64,000 nucleotides of DNA from an uncultured delta proteobacterium (GTDB taxonomy: Bacteria > Myxococcota_A > Polyangia > Fen-1088). This document shows positions 22,574 through 32,850 of this stretch, piece by piece. The notes under the pieces are model-generated. The model was not told where the DNA came from, made no database searches, and worked only from the letters and a program-made list of their open reading frames with translations. The first letter of the stretch is position 1. Each line of letters starts with the position of its first letter. The position numbers and the translations under genes were made by a program. The stretch covers positions 224,001 through 288,000 of the forward strand of contig CAWCMR010000025.1 in assembly GCA_963796685.1 (NCBI GenBank), read 5' to 3'.

Positions 22574-23365
22574 ATGAGCACGTCCTTCCCCATGGACGGA
22601 AAACGCGTCCGCTTCTCGGGCGACACCAACGTCGGTATGAAGCGCGACCACAACGAGGATGCGTTCTACCTGCCGATGGGCGAACGCCTGGCCATCGTGG
22701 CCGACGGCATGGGGGGACACGCCTCGGGCGAGGTGGCCAGCCGCATGGCGGTGGATTCCATCGTCGGGTACTTCCGCGAAACCGAGGGCGAGCAGCAGCT
22801 CACCTGGCCGTTCAAGGTCGACCGTGGACAGGGGCAGGACATCAACCGCATGACCACGGCGGTCAAGCTGGCCAACCAGCGCATCTACGAGGAGGCCGAG
22901 CGCAAACCCGAGTGCCGCGGGATGGGCACCACGGTGGTGACCACGCTGTTCCTCGACGACGTGCTCATCGTCGGGCACGTGGGCGACAGCCGCCTTTACC
23001 GCGTACGCGAGGGCGCCATCGACCAGATCACCGAGGATCATTCGCTGCTCAACGACTACGTGCGCATGAAGCGCATGTCCGAAGCCGAGATCGCCGCCTT
23101 CCCCCACAAGAACGTCATCGTGCGCGCCCTCGGCATGAAGCCCTCCATCGAGGTCGACATCATCGTCGAGCATCACCGTCTGGGCGATCTGTACGTGCTC
23201 TGCTCCGACGGCCTGTCCGGCATGATCGCGGACTCGGAAATCGCCGGGCTGGCCGTGGAAGAGGCCGACCTCGACAAGCTGTGCGAGCGACTCATCGCCA
23301 CGGCGAATGAAAATGGCGGCATCGACAACATCACGGTCGTGTGCGCGCGCCTCGAACCGCTGTAG
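22574..23365 (+). CDS. PP2C/Stp1-family Ser/Thr protein phosphatase
   Basis: GMKRDHNED, VADGMGGHASGEVAS, GMGTT, HVGDSRLY, LCSDGL, GGIDNIT. Confidence 0.95.
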   Translation: MSTSFPMDGKRVRFSGDTNVGMKRDHNEDAFYLPMGERLAIVADGMGGHASGEVASRMAVDSIVGYFRETEGEQQLTWPFKVDRGQGQDINRMTTAVKLANQRIYEEAERKPECRGMGTTVVTTLFLDDVLIVGHVGDSRLYRVREGAIDQITEDHSLLNDYVRMKRMSEAEIAAFPHKNVIVRALGMKPSIEVDIIVEHHRLGDLYVLCSDGLSGMIADSEIAGLAVEEADLDKLCERLIATANENGGIDNITVVCARLEPL

Positions 23366-23389
23366 CCGGCGTTTGCTACGCTTCCATCC

Positions 23390-26227
23390 GTGCAAACCCT
23401 GCAGACCCTGGATCAGTGTCTCGCGGCCGGTCCCGACGCCGAGTCGGCCCGCATGCGCCTCGAGCGCCTGCGCGAGACCAGGGTCGAGCTGCCGGAAGGC
23501 GGCGCGGGCATGGCCTTGTTGGCGGCCGTGCTTGCCAGCGGAACCTATTTGCCGGACCTTCTCTTCGCCGATCCCGAACGTCTGCCACGCCTGCTCGCCG
23601 ACCCGTGGCTCCATCGCGAAAAGCCGCGCGCCCTCATGGCCCACGAAGTCGAGGTGGCGTGCATGGGGATACGCTCGCAGACGGAATTGCAACGTGCCCT
23701 GCGCGGGTACGCGCGCGGCGAGATGCTTCGCCTCGGTGCCCGAGAGATCGGGGCCGGGATCGGCGCCCGAGCAATCGCCCTGCCCGAGCACGGACTGACC
23801 CTGGAGGTCGCGCGCGAGCTTTCCTTCTTGGCCGACGCCTGCCTGGAGGCGGCCGTGCGTTTCTGCGCCGCCGAGCTGCGCGCCGGCTTCGGCGACCCCG
23901 TGTGCCACGATTCCGCGCCCGGTTTTTCCGTCATCGCCATGGGCAAGCTGGGGGGAGAAGAGCTCAATTTCTCGTCGGACATCGACGTCATCTACGTCTA
24001 TGCATCGGACGACGGCCAGGCCGGCTCGCTCAGCCTGCATGAGCTCTACGCGCGTCTTTGCAAGGCGGTCACCCGCGCCATCTCCGAAAGCACCGGTGAG
24101 GGCATGGTCTTTCGCGTCGATCTGCGCCTGCGGCCGGAAGGGCAGAGCGGCGCCATCTGCAACTCGCTGGCCGCGGTCGAGAGCTACTACGAGAGCTTCG
24201 GCCGGACCTGGGAGCGTCAGGCCTTGCTGCGCGCTCGCCATGCCGCGGGTGACGCCTGGCTGGGGGAGCGTTTTCTCCAGACCGTGGAGCCGTTCGTCTA
24301 TCCCCGCGTCGCCGGGCCCGGTACGCTCGAAGAGGTACGCTCGCTGCGCCGCATGTTCGTGGCCGCGAGCGCGGAAGCCAGTTGGGACGTCAAGCTTGGC
24401 AGGGGGGGGATCCGCGATGTCGAGCTCGTGGCGCAGGTGCTGCAACTTCTCTACGCGGGCAAAAGGCGCGATTTGCGCGAGCGCACGACGCTGCCCGCGC
24501 TGAACAAGTTGGGGCTGGCCGGCCTCCTGTCCGATCAGGAAAACCGTACCCTCACCGATGCCTATCGCCTGTTGCGCAGGATCGAACATCGGCTGCAACT
24601 CGAGCACGGACAGCAAGTCCACCGCCTGCCCGTCGGCCAAGACGCCATCGCCTGTCTGGCCAAACGCCTCGGCTTCTCCGGCGCGGATGAGTTTACCACC
24701 GTCGTCGAGGAGAAGCGCGCCGCCGTCTGTGCCATCGCCGACACCCTGGGCGAGCCGACGTCGGGCCCGCCCGCCGCCGTATTGCGCATGCTGACCCCCA
24801 CCACGGCGAACGAGGATCTGGTGCGCGACCTCGCCGCAGCCGGCTTTCGCGACCTCGAACAGAGCGCCGACAGCCTGGAGCTCGCGCGCGGCCGCCTGCC
24901 GCCCGAATGGCTCGAAGAAGCCATCGCCTCGCCCGATCCCGACCGCGCGCTCGCGCGCTTTCGCGATCTCGCGCTCCGTGCATCGCTGGGCCTGTTCGCG
25001 CTCTTGCGCGAGGAGCGCCAACTTCTGCGCATGCTGGCCAGTCTCTTCGGCACCAGCGAACGCCTGTCGCGACACCTCATCGGGCACCCCGAGCTGTGGC
25101 CCGAATTGACCGCCGGGCTCGGCGAGCCCATGCCCGCTGCGCCGGCGTGGCAGGCCGGGTTCGCGGCCCGCCTGGCCGACTGCGACTACGAAACGGCCTT
25201 GCGCCAGATGCGCCGCTTCCAGGCCGAGGAGATTCTGCGCATCGGCGTGCACGACGCGGCCGGCAACCTCGGACACGAAGAGGTCTCGGCGCAACTGGGG
25301 CGGCTGGCCGAGGCGTGTCTGGAAGAATCGGCACGCCGGGTCGCCGCCGATCTGGCCGCTCGCTTCGGTAGCCCCGACTCCGAGCTGACCGTGCTCGTGC
25401 TCGGCAGTTGCGGCGCCCGCGAGATGCGCTACGGCTCCGATCTGGAGCTTGTCTTTCTCTACGAACGCGACGGCGCCACCCGGACGGGAATGGAGCACCA
25501 AGAATGGTTCTCCCGCCTGGCCCAGCGCCTGATCGGCGCCCTCGGCGCGCTCCTCGAAGAGGGGCGCCTGTACACCGTCGACACGCGGTTGCGTCCGTCC
25601 GGCTCGCAAGGCCTGCTCGTGACCAGTTACCGCGCCTTCGAGGAATACCATCGAGAACAGGCCGCACCTTGGGAGCGCGTCGCCCTTCTGCGCGGACGGG
25701 TCGCATGCGTGCTGCCGCCGCCACAGGGCCAAGCCAAAGAGCGTACGCTCCCCGACTTCAGCCAGCGCCTCGACCGCATCGCCTATCGTCACGACATCCC
25801 CGAGGCCGTCCTGCGCGCCGAGCTTTTGCGCATGCGCAAGAGCATCGAGCAAGAACGCGCGGCCGCCGGCCCGCTCCATCTGCGCTTCAGCCCGGGTGGG
25901 CTCACGGACCTCGAATTCATCGCCGCCTGGGGCCAACTGCGCCGCGGCGGCGACGAGCCTGCCTTGCGCACCACCAATCCGTTCCAGGCGCTCGCGGCCA
26001 TGGCGGAGCGAGGCGATTGCGATTCCCGCTTGCTCGACCACTACCATTTCCTGGCGCGCGCGAGCCTGCGGCTGCGTCTCTTGCGCGACTATGCCGACGA
26101 TCGGTTGGCCGGCAAAGACGAAGAGCCTCTGGCGCGCAGCCTGGGCCTCGGCCGCGCCCAGCTCAAGAGCGAGCTCGCCCAGCGCATGACCGAGGTCCGC
26201 GCGGAGCTCGTCAGACAGTTGCGGTAG
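23390..26227 (+). CDS. glnE: Bifunctional glutamine synthetase adenylyltransferase/adenylyl-removing enzyme
   Basis: Two nucleotidyltransferase halves: MGKLGGEELNFSSDID, FRVDLRLRPEG, WERQALLRAR, KLGRGGIRDVE; then VDTRLRPSG, WERVALLR, GGLTDLEF. Confidence 0.92.
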   Translation: MQTLQTLDQCLAAGPDAESARMRLERLRETRVELPEGGAGMALLAAVLASGTYLPDLLFADPERLPRLLADPWLHREKPRALMAHEVEVACMGIRSQTELQRALRGYARGEMLRLGAREIGAGIGARAIALPEHGLTLEVARELSFLADACLEAAVRFCAAELRAGFGDPVCHDSAPGFSVIAMGKLGGEELNFSSDIDVIYVYASDDGQAGSLSLHELYARLCKAVTRAISESTGEGMVFRVDLRLRPEGQSGAICNSLAAVESYYESFGRTWERQALLRARHAAGDAWLGERFLQTVEPFVYPRVAGPGTLEEVRSLRRMFVAASAEASWDVKLGRGGIRDVELVAQVLQLLYAGKRRDLRERTTLPALNKLGLAGLLSDQENRTLTDAYRLLRRIEHRLQLEHGQQVHRLPVGQDAIACLAKRLGFSGADEFTTVVEEKRAAVCAIADTLGEPTSGPPAAVLRMLTPTTANEDLVRDLAAAGFRDLEQSADSLELARGRLPPEWLEEAIASPDPDRALARFRDLALRASLGLFALLREERQLLRMLASLFGTSERLSRHLIGHPELWPELTAGLGEPMPAAPAWQAGFAARLADCDYETALRQMRRFQAEEILRIGVHDAAGNLGHEEVSAQLGRLAEACLEESARRVAADLAARFGSPDSELTVLVLGSCGAREMRYGSDLELVFLYERDGATRTGMEHQEWFSRLAQRLIGALGALLEEGRLYTVDTRLRPSGSQGLLVTSYRAFEEYHREQAAPWERVALLRGRVACVLPPPQGQAKERTLPDFSQRLDRIAYRHDIPEAVLRAELLRMRKSIEQERAAAGPLHLRFSPGGLTDLEFIAAWGQLRRGGDEPALRTTNPFQALAAMAERGDCDSRLLDHYHFLARASLRLRLLRDYADDRLAGKDEEPLARSLGLGRAQLKSELAQRMTEVRAELVRQLR

Positions 26228-26302
26228 GCCGGCGACCTCACGTTCCAAAGCAATCGAGCCGCCGATCTCGGTGTCATGTAGAATCAGACTGCGAGGCTGG
26301 CT

Positions 26303-26914
26303 GTGACCGAGCGGCGCAACGAGACAATCCTCTTCCTCCCCGGCGAAATAGGCGAGCGTGCTCTGCGCGCGCGCCTGGTTGCGGGCGAGGATGGGGCCTA
26401 TCGGGATTGTTACCAGCTTTATGCCCCCAAGCTGATGCGCCTGCTGGTGGGGATCGTGCGCAACCGAGCCCGCGCCGAGGAAATTCTTCAAGATACGTTC
26501 ATCGCGGCATTCCGAAGTATCGCCCGCTTTCGCGGCGAGATCGCCGTCTCCAGTTGGCTTGCGCGCATCGCGACGAATCGTGCCTACAACCTGATTCGCG
26601 ACGAATCCCGGCAAAAGCGAACCGTGCCCCGGCCGGTCGAGGAGCCCGTATCCAGGCCGGAGCTCCGGGTCGAGGGCCGCGACCTGGCCCGCAAAGTGAT
26701 GGGGATCTTGGACCAGATGGATCCCTCCAAGAAGCTGGCACTGCTGCTGCAGGCCGAAGGTTACACGGTGGCCGAAATCGCCGAGATCTCCGATGAGCCA
26801 CGGGGGACCATTCTGGCGCGAATTTCGCGCAGCCGCGCCGAATTGTCCCTGCGCATGGCCGAGGCCGGGCTGCTTGCGGACAGGACGCTCCTGAGCTCGG
26901 GGGATCAGGCATGA
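26303..26914 (+). CDS. ECF RNA polymerase sigma factor
   Basis: Region 2 AEEILQDTFIAAFRSIARFRG...SWLARIATN; region 4 EGYTVAEIAEI...GTILARISRSR. Confidence 0.92.
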   Translation: MTERRNETILFLPGEIGERALRARLVAGEDGAYRDCYQLYAPKLMRLLVGIVRNRARAEEILQDTFIAAFRSIARFRGEIAVSSWLARIATNRAYNLIRDESRQKRTVPRPVEEPVSRPELRVEGRDLARKVMGILDQMDPSKKLALLLQAEGYTVAEIAEISDEPRGTILARISRSRAELSLRMAEAGLLADRTLLSSGDQA

Positions 26915-28014
26915 GCGACTGTCTCTCCCTGCGTGATCGGTACTTCGCTCCGGGGGCGGAAGCGGCGCATGACCCCGTGTGGGTCGAGCACCTGCAAGCC
27001 TGCCCGACCTGCCGGTTGGCCCACCAAGGATTGCCCCAGGTCGAGCGAGCGTTGACGGAAATAGCGCAAGTGCCGGTCGTCGTTCCCCCATTTGCCGGAG
27101 TTGCCCAAGCCGCCCAAAACGCTGCACGAAATCAGCGGCGAAAGCAAACCGTGCGTCGCTCGGCGCCATTCCTCTACACCGGGGTAGCCACCGCGCTGGC
27201 TGCCGGCATCGTCGCCGCCGTCCTGGTCAACCGCACACGCGCGACCGAGTTGAAGCTGCTTACGCCAGGCGCCGAGATCCGCGCGGTGGACGAGGCGAAA
27301 TCCGCCATTCTCGCCGACGGCGCCCACGTTCGCTTGGATGCTGGCACGCTCAGGCTCGCCTCGGCGAGCAAGGACGCGCAGACCCTGCTCCTGCCGTCGG
27401 GTCGGGTGTACCTCGACGTGCCCAAGCTGCCGCCGGGGTCGGCGCTTTCGGTGCGTACCCCCGACGCAGAGGTGCGCGTCCATGGCACGCGTTTTCAGGT
27501 CGTTCGCACGGACAAGGACACGCAAGTACACGTCGTCGAGGGCGTGGTCGAGGTTCGCCCGGAAGGCATCGGTCGGCCGATTCAGTTCGTGCGCGCGGGC
27601 CAAACCGCCACGGTCGAATCCGCGGAGGCCTACCGCGAAGGGTTGAAGCGCTCCACGCTCGATGCTCTCGACCACGGCGAGCTCATCGCCGCCGAAAGAC
27701 AGATCGATGCCTTGCTGGGTTCCAGCGCCGACCGATCTCAGCGGGCCGAGGCGCAAGCGCTCCTGGCGTGGTTGCTCTCTTCGCGCGGCAAGCGCCACGA
27801 GGCCATCCCGCGCTACCGGCAGGCGCTCGACCTTCTACCCGAGGGCGTGCAGCCTTTATGGGCCGAGAACGCCTGCGCCGAGCTGGCCATCTTGGTCGAG
27901 CAAGACAAGCCGAAGGACGCCCCACCGGTTTGGGCGGAGTGTCTGCGAAGGTTTCCGGATGGCGTCCATGCTGCCCTGGCTCGATCGCGGGCACATTCCA
28001 GCAAGGGAATGTAG
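26911..28014 (+). CDS. Anti-sigma factor: ZAS zinc finger, TM helix, FecR-like domain, TPR
   Basis: EHLQACPTC (HxxxCxxC), TM helix, VRTPDAEVRVHGTRFQV...VVEGVVEV, C-terminal TPR ending CLRRFPDG; ATGA-coupled to the sigma gene. Confidence 0.88.
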   Translation: MSDCLSLRDRYFAPGAEAAHDPVWVEHLQACPTCRLAHQGLPQVERALTEIAQVPVVVPPFAGVAQAAQNAARNQRRKQTVRRSAPFLYTGVATALAAGIVAAVLVNRTRATELKLLTPGAEIRAVDEAKSAILADGAHVRLDAGTLRLASASKDAQTLLLPSGRVYLDVPKLPPGSALSVRTPDAEVRVHGTRFQVVRTDKDTQVHVVEGVVEVRPEGIGRPIQFVRAGQTATVESAEAYREGLKRSTLDALDHGELIAAERQIDALLGSSADRSQRAEAQALLAWLLSSRGKRHEAIPRYRQALDLLPEGVQPLWAENACAELAILVEQDKPKDAPPVWAECLRRFPDGVHAALARSRAHSSKGM

Positions 28015-29021
28015 TGAGCGCGGTGCTCGTGCTGTTGCTGGGGTTGTCGGCCCCACTGCGCGCTCCGGATCTGGAGGTCCAGGCGATCACGACGGCGGGC
28101 GCGGAGCTGCCAGAGCTGGCCGACGCCGTGGCACGCGCATTGGTGGCCGGCGGCGCACGCGTGATGCTTGGAGGTCCGACCAGTGCGCACTGCCTCTATT
28201 GCGCGAAGGTTGCCGTCATCGAGAGTCCGCAGGGGAGCTGCCGCATCGACGTGCGACAAGAACATCACTCCGTCGCGGCGGTTTTGAGCTTTCCCCCCGG
28301 AAGCCCGCTCTTCGAGCGCGCGCGTGCCATCGCCATCCAGGCCCGGCTGCTCGTGACCTGGGAGACTGGCCCTGAGGCAAGGCCCAAGAATGCATTGGCC
28401 CGACCGGGCGACCACAAGGCCCGACGAAGAAATCCGGTCGAGCGTGCCGCCGCCCTGCCGTCCTCGACCCAAGCCGAGCCGACGACACCCGCGACCAGGG
28501 AAGCGGGCTCCGCGCCCGTGCGAAAGCAGTCGCCCGAGCCTGCTCCTGAGCTTCCCGTGGATACCCCCGCGGCGGCTGCGAACGCCGGGAACAGGGGCGA
28601 GCAGTCCCCTGCTCCGACCTCGACCAAGTCAGCCGAAACCAGCCCCGTCCGGATCGAGCGGGCGCTGGCCATCGACCACCCACCCACCCGCACCGCGCTG
28701 GTGAAAAGTCGCTGGCCATGGATTCCCACCCTTGTCGGCTCCGGCGCGGCGGTTGCCGCCGGCATCTGCGCCGTGGTCGCGCGCAACCGCTACAACTCCC
28801 TCTCGGACAAATCGCAGCCCTACGCGAGAGCACAGGCCTTGAAGAGCGAAGGCGAAAACTGGCAGACTGCTAGTTTCGTGCTCGCCGGTGTGGCGGCGGT
28901 GGGGCTTGGAGCCGGCATCACCGGATTCGTCACCCGTTCGCCGGGGCCCCCATCCATCGCAGGGCTGGCTGCCCCGATCCCGGGTGGAGGTATCTTCGCC
29001 ATCGCGGGAGCCCTGCCGTGA
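28014..29021 (+). CDS. Exported hypothetical protein with Pro-rich linker and C-terminal hydrophobic helical hairpin plus beta-tail
   Basis: GTG start overlapping the anti-sigma stop; signal peptide; C-terminus WPWIPTLVGSGAAVAAG...FVLAGVAAVGLGAG...PIPGGGIFAIAGALP. Confidence 0.7.
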   Translation: MSAVLVLLLGLSAPLRAPDLEVQAITTAGAELPELADAVARALVAGGARVMLGGPTSAHCLYCAKVAVIESPQGSCRIDVRQEHHSVAAVLSFPPGSPLFERARAIAIQARLLVTWETGPEARPKNALARPGDHKARRRNPVERAAALPSSTQAEPTTPATREAGSAPVRKQSPEPAPELPVDTPAAAANAGNRGEQSPAPTSTKSAETSPVRIERALAIDHPPTRTALVKSRWPWIPTLVGSGAAVAAGICAVVARNRYNSLSDKSQPYARAQALKSEGENWQTASFVLAGVAAVGLGAGITGFVTRSPGPPSIAGLAAPIPGGGIFAIAGALP

Positions 29022-29060
29022 AGAAGTGTCCAGGTCTGGCCACCCTCGAGCGCAACTCAA

Positions 29061-29612
29061 CTAAGGAAGGGACAGGGCCAAGGCACGCGACGAGGCCTCG
29101 CGTGCCACCGGGTTCAGACGCAATGGCTGCATGGCGGAGACCGCGAATCCGTGACGCAGGTAGAGTCGACGCGCGCGCACGTTGTCGGCGTCGGTGAGCA
29201 GGGTGATGCGCATCAGTCCCTCCTTCCGTGCCCAATCGACGGCGGCGCGCAGGAGTCTGGTCCCGAGCCCGCGACCACGTTGGTCCGGGCGCACGACCAA
29301 GTCCTCGAGCAGCGCCACCTTGCCCCCCTCCGCGGTGCTGATGGTGAACAGCAGGCTGACCATGCCCAGAATCCTAGGGCCTCGCGTCAGCACGAAAAGC
29401 CTACCCATCGTCGGCTGCGCGAGGAGGATCTCCAGTGCCCTGCGTTGCTTCGCCACCGTTGGGACAAAATCCTTCTCTTGCTTGAACAAGTGGCCCAAGA
29501 GCTCGACCATCGCCTCCATGTCCGCGCCCCGAGCCTCACGTACCCTTACCACCTCTCGCGGACGGGCCTGCTGAACAGAGCGTCGAATCTTGTCGGTGTT
29601 TCCGTCGAGCAT
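29061..29612 (-). CDS. GNAT family N-acetyltransferase
   Basis: LEDLVVRPDQRGRGLGTRLL; NVRARRLYLRHGF. Confidence 0.9.
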   Translation of the reverse strand: MLDGNTDKIRRSVQQARPREVVRVREARGADMEAMVELLGHLFKQEKDFVPTVAKQRRALEILLAQPTMGRLFVLTRGPRILGMVSLLFTISTAEGGKVALLEDLVVRPDQRGRGLGTRLLRAAVDWARKEGLMRITLLTDADNVRARRLYLRHGFAVSAMQPLRLNPVAREASSRALALSLP

Positions 29613-29795
29613 GGGCTGAACTGTATACGGAAGTTTGTTAGCAGACTGTTTCCGTTGGGTGAACGATGGAGTAAAAAGCCTCGCCCGCGAATGCGAAGCG
29701 CGCTATCGGCGCCTGCGAGGTCTTGCCGGGTCTGTACTGGCGGCGGAGGCAAGGCCACGGCCTTCTCCGCAATCCCGCGGCAGGAAATCTGCCCG

Positions 29796-31766
29796 CTAGT
29801 CTTTCGTCGCCCTCCGAGCCACCAGCGCATCGACGACCGAGGGATCGGCCAGGGTCGTGAGATCCCCCATCTCGTCGGTCTTGCCGGCGGCGATGTTGCG
29901 CAAAATTCGGCGCATGATCTTGCCCGAGCGGGTCTTGGGCAGCCCCGGCACGATGAGGACGATGTCGGGCGTCGCGAAGGGACCGATGTGGTGGCGAACC
30001 TCGTTCTTGAGCTCGCCGAGCAACTCGGGGCTCTCGTTCCATCCCTCGTTGAGAATCACGAAGGCGAAAATGCCCTGGCCCTTGATGGGGTGCGGATAAC
30101 CGACCACCGCCGCCTCGGCGCACGCGGGATGCGTGACCAGCGCGCTTTCGACCTCGGCGGTTCCCAGGCGATGTCCCGAGACGTTGATGACGTCGTCCAC
30201 GCGGCCGGTGATCCAGTAGTAGCCGTCCTCGTCGCGCCGGCAGCCATCGCCTGTCAAGTAGTAACCATGGAAGGGCCGCAAGTAGGTTTGGATGAAACGC
30301 TCGTGATCGTTCTGGATGGTGCGCGCCATGCCGGGCCAGGGCCGCTTGATGGCCAGCAAACCCATGACGCCGTTCCCTTGAATCTCCTTGCCCTGTTCGT
30401 CGAGCAGCACCGGCTCGATGCCGAAGAACGGGAACGTGGCCGAGCCCGGCTTGAGCGGAGTCGCCCCGGGCAGTGGCGTGATCATGATGCCGCCGGTTTC
30501 CGTCTGCCACCAGGTGTCTACAATGGGGCAGCGGCCCTCGCCCACGACCTCGTGGTACCAACGCCAGGCCTCGGGATTGATGGGCTCGCCCACGGTGCCG
30601 AGAATGCGCAGCGAGGAGCGATCGTGCGCCTTGACGAAGCTGTCGCCCTCGCGAGCGATGGCTCGGATGGCGGTGGGCGTGGAGTAGAGCTGGGTCACGC
30701 GGTGGCGCTCGACGATATCCCAGTAGCGGCCGGCGTCCGGATAGGTCGGCACGCTCTCGAAGAGCAGGGTAGTCGCGCCATTGCAGAGCGGCCCATAGAC
30801 CACATACGAGTGACCGGTGATCCACCCCACGTCGGCCACGCAGGCGTAGATGTCACCGTCGTGGTAGTCGAAGACATAGCGGTGCGTGAGCGCTGCTTGC
30901 AGCAGGTAGCCCGCCGTGGTGTGCGCCACGCCCTTCGGCCTGCCCGTGCTGCCCGAGGTGTAGAGAAGAAAGAGCGTGTCCTCGCTGTCCATGTGCTCGA
31001 TGGGGCAGTAGGGTCGTTCGCTGTCCATGGCCTCGCGCAACCAAACGTCGCGCTGGGGATAGAAGGGAACCTTGTTGCCCGTCCGTCGCGCCACCAGGAC
31101 CGTGCGCACGGTAGGGCAAGCCATCACCGCCTCGTCGACGGTGCGCTTGAGCGGGATGATCTTCCCGCCGCGCACGCCCTCGTCCGCGGTGATGACGGTC
31201 GCACAGCGGGCATCGTTGATACGGTCGCGCAGGCTCTCGGCCGAGAATCCCGCGAACACCACGTTGTGTACCGCGCCGATGCGTGCGCACGCCAGCATGG
31301 CATAGACCGCCTCGGGAATCATGGGCATGTAGATGGCCACGCGATCCCGCTTGCGGACACCATGGTGGCGGAGAACATTGGCCAACCGGCACACTTCACG
31401 TTGCAGCTCGCGGTAGGTAATTTCCTTGCCCTGACCCGGCGTGTCCGATTCCCAAATCAACGCGACTTGATCGCCTCGCGTGGCAACGTGCCGATCGACG
31501 CAATTGTGACAAACGTTGAGTCGCCCATTGAGAAACCAGGACACCTGTCCATATTCGAAATCGCAGTCGCTGGCCTGGCTGAACGGGTGAAACCACGACA
31601 AGGTTTCAAGCGCGCTCCGTCGCCAGAAGCCCTCGGGATCGCCCAAGCTCTCGGCGTGAAGCTTGCGATAGCTCTCGAAAGACGAGATATGCGCTCGTCG
31701 ACTGAGATCGGCGGATGGGACGAACACCTGCGGGGCTGGTTCGGACTTTGGCAAGGTCTCGGGCAT
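29796..31766 (-). CDS. acs: Acetyl-CoA synthetase (acetate--CoA ligase)
   Basis: [60 protein letters not shown]. Confidence 0.96.
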   Translation of the reverse strand: MPETLPKSEPAPQVFVPSADLSRRAHISSFESYRKLHAESLGDPEGFWRRSALETLSWFHPFSQASDCDFEYGQVSWFLNGRLNVCHNCVDRHVATRGDQVALIWESDTPGQGKEITYRELQREVCRLANVLRHHGVRKRDRVAIYMPMIPEAVYAMLACARIGAVHNVVFAGFSAESLRDRINDARCATVITADEGVRGGKIIPLKRTVDEAVMACPTVRTVLVARRTGNKVPFYPQRDVWLREAMDSERPYCPIEHMDSEDTLFLLYTSGSTGRPKGVAHTTAGYLLQAALTHRYVFDYHDGDIYACVADVGWITGHSYVVYGPLCNGATTLLFESVPTYPDAGRYWDIVERHRVTQLYSTPTAIRAIAREGDSFVKAHDRSSLRILGTVGEPINPEAWRWYHEVVGEGRCPIVDTWWQTETGGIMITPLPGATPLKPGSATFPFFGIEPVLLDEQGKEIQGNGVMGLLAIKRPWPGMARTIQNDHERFIQTYLRPFHGYYLTGDGCRRDEDGYYWITGRVDDVINVSGHRLGTAEVESALVTHPACAEAAVVGYPHPIKGQGIFAFVILNEGWNESPELLGELKNEVRHHIGPFATPDIVLIVPGLPKTRSGKIMRRILRNIAAGKTDEMGDLTTLADPSVVDALVARRATKD

Positions 31767-31936
31767 ATGGGCATCCTTTCGCGCGAGGGCGCCCTTAAGA
31801 TGCTCCGTGCTGTCGATCTGTTGCAGGCGTGCCAAGAGCAGGTTACACAGAACGCCTGGGATATTTCATACCGACGGGGTTGCTGGGCGCGCTTCGCCCC
31901 ATGCTCTAGTCGAGTCGGGGTGCGGCCTCCACGTCC

Positions 31937-32566
31937 TCAGGGACAGTAGGCGATTTCACACTTCGCGGCGACGCATTCGAAGTGTGCGCATCCCGAGCTG
32001 CCATCCGGGCACTGCTGACAGAGCGCAGGCAAGGCCCCTTGGCAATCCGACGCGTTGGCGCATCCGGTCGAGGAGGTATCGGGAACGCACTTGCAGAGGA
32101 CGGTATCGAAGTGATCCCCCTGAACGCATAGCACGGTGTCCACGCATGCAGGGCGCGCATCGACCGCCGGCATTCCTCCTGCGTCCTCATCGGGCACGCA
32201 CTGGCAGAGGATCGTATCGGGGTGATAGCCCAGGATACACGCGCCGATTTGCACGCAGGCGCACCGTCCCGAGACCTGTGGGTCGCAGCCTTGCCCGCAG
32301 GTCTCGGACGAAGCGCATCCAAGGGCTGGATTGTGGCATGCGTACCCCGAACCGCCATTCGGCTCCTGACACGCATACAGGTCGAAGCCGACCGGACAAC
32401 AGCCCAAGCCCCCGTCGGGACCGGGCAGTGATGCATCCAAGGTATCCGAGCCGGTGGAGCCGTCGTCGTCGCTTGCATCGCGGTTGATGTCGTTGCCGCC
32501 AGAGCAGGCGACGAGGAAAAGACCGCTCGCGGCAAGAGCGAGCGAGCTGAAATAGCGATTGCGCAT
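31937..32566 (-). CDS. Cys-rich lipoprotein
   Basis: GGAGG RBS; lipobox FLVAC; Asp-rich linker; duplicated CV...C..G.H.D..LC.CVPD module. Confidence 0.7.
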   Translation of the reverse strand: MRNRYFSSLALAASGLFLVACSGGNDINRDASDDDGSTGSDTLDASLPGPDGGLGCCPVGFDLYACQEPNGGSGYACHNPALGCASSETCGQGCDPQVSGRCACVQIGACILGYHPDTILCQCVPDEDAGGMPAVDARPACVDTVLCVQGDHFDTVLCKCVPDTSSTGCANASDCQGALPALCQQCPDGSSGCAHFECVAAKCEIAYCP

Positions 32567-32610
32567 GGGAACCTCCATTCTTCGAGCCTTCTTCCACGCA
32601 TACTCTTCCA

Positions 32611-32626
32611 CGCATACTTCGTGCCT
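32611..32626 (-). promoter_or_regulatory. Candidate sigma54 (-24/-12) promoter
   Basis: Minus strand AGGCACGAAGTATGCG (GGCACG-N4-ATGC, exact spacing), about 45 bp upstream of the lipoprotein ATG. Confidence 0.5.
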
Positions 32627-32850
32627 GCAGGAGGGACAAGCGCGGCCAACGCTCGCGCAGCGATCTCGACCACCCCAACCTCGGAATTCTGAGACCGCCC
32701 CCGCGATTTACGGGTACATCCTCCGCCGGAGTGACGCGCGTCGCTAGCACGGACGTTTTCCGTGACGAAAGCAGCCAGGGCTAGGCTCCTAACACGCACA
32801 CAGTCACACAAGGGGCCCCGAAAATGGCAAGACCTAACGATATGGCGACC

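Noticed and set aside
22178-27169. 1663-aa minus-strand ORF
   Set aside because: Antisense shadow of the PP2C, glnE and ECF genes; no motifs; long stop-free antisense frames are expected at this GC content.
26979-28013. N-terminal part of the 680-aa ORF
   Set aside because: Off-frame over the anti-sigma gene; the real gene starts at GTG 28014 with a signal peptide.
31820-31840. TGGCACG on the minus strand upstream of acs as a sigma54 promoter
   Set aside because: GG-to-GC spacing is wrong (not N10).
29151-31949. 932-aa plus-strand ORF
   Set aside because: Antisense to acs and the GNAT gene, which carry all the recognisable motifs.
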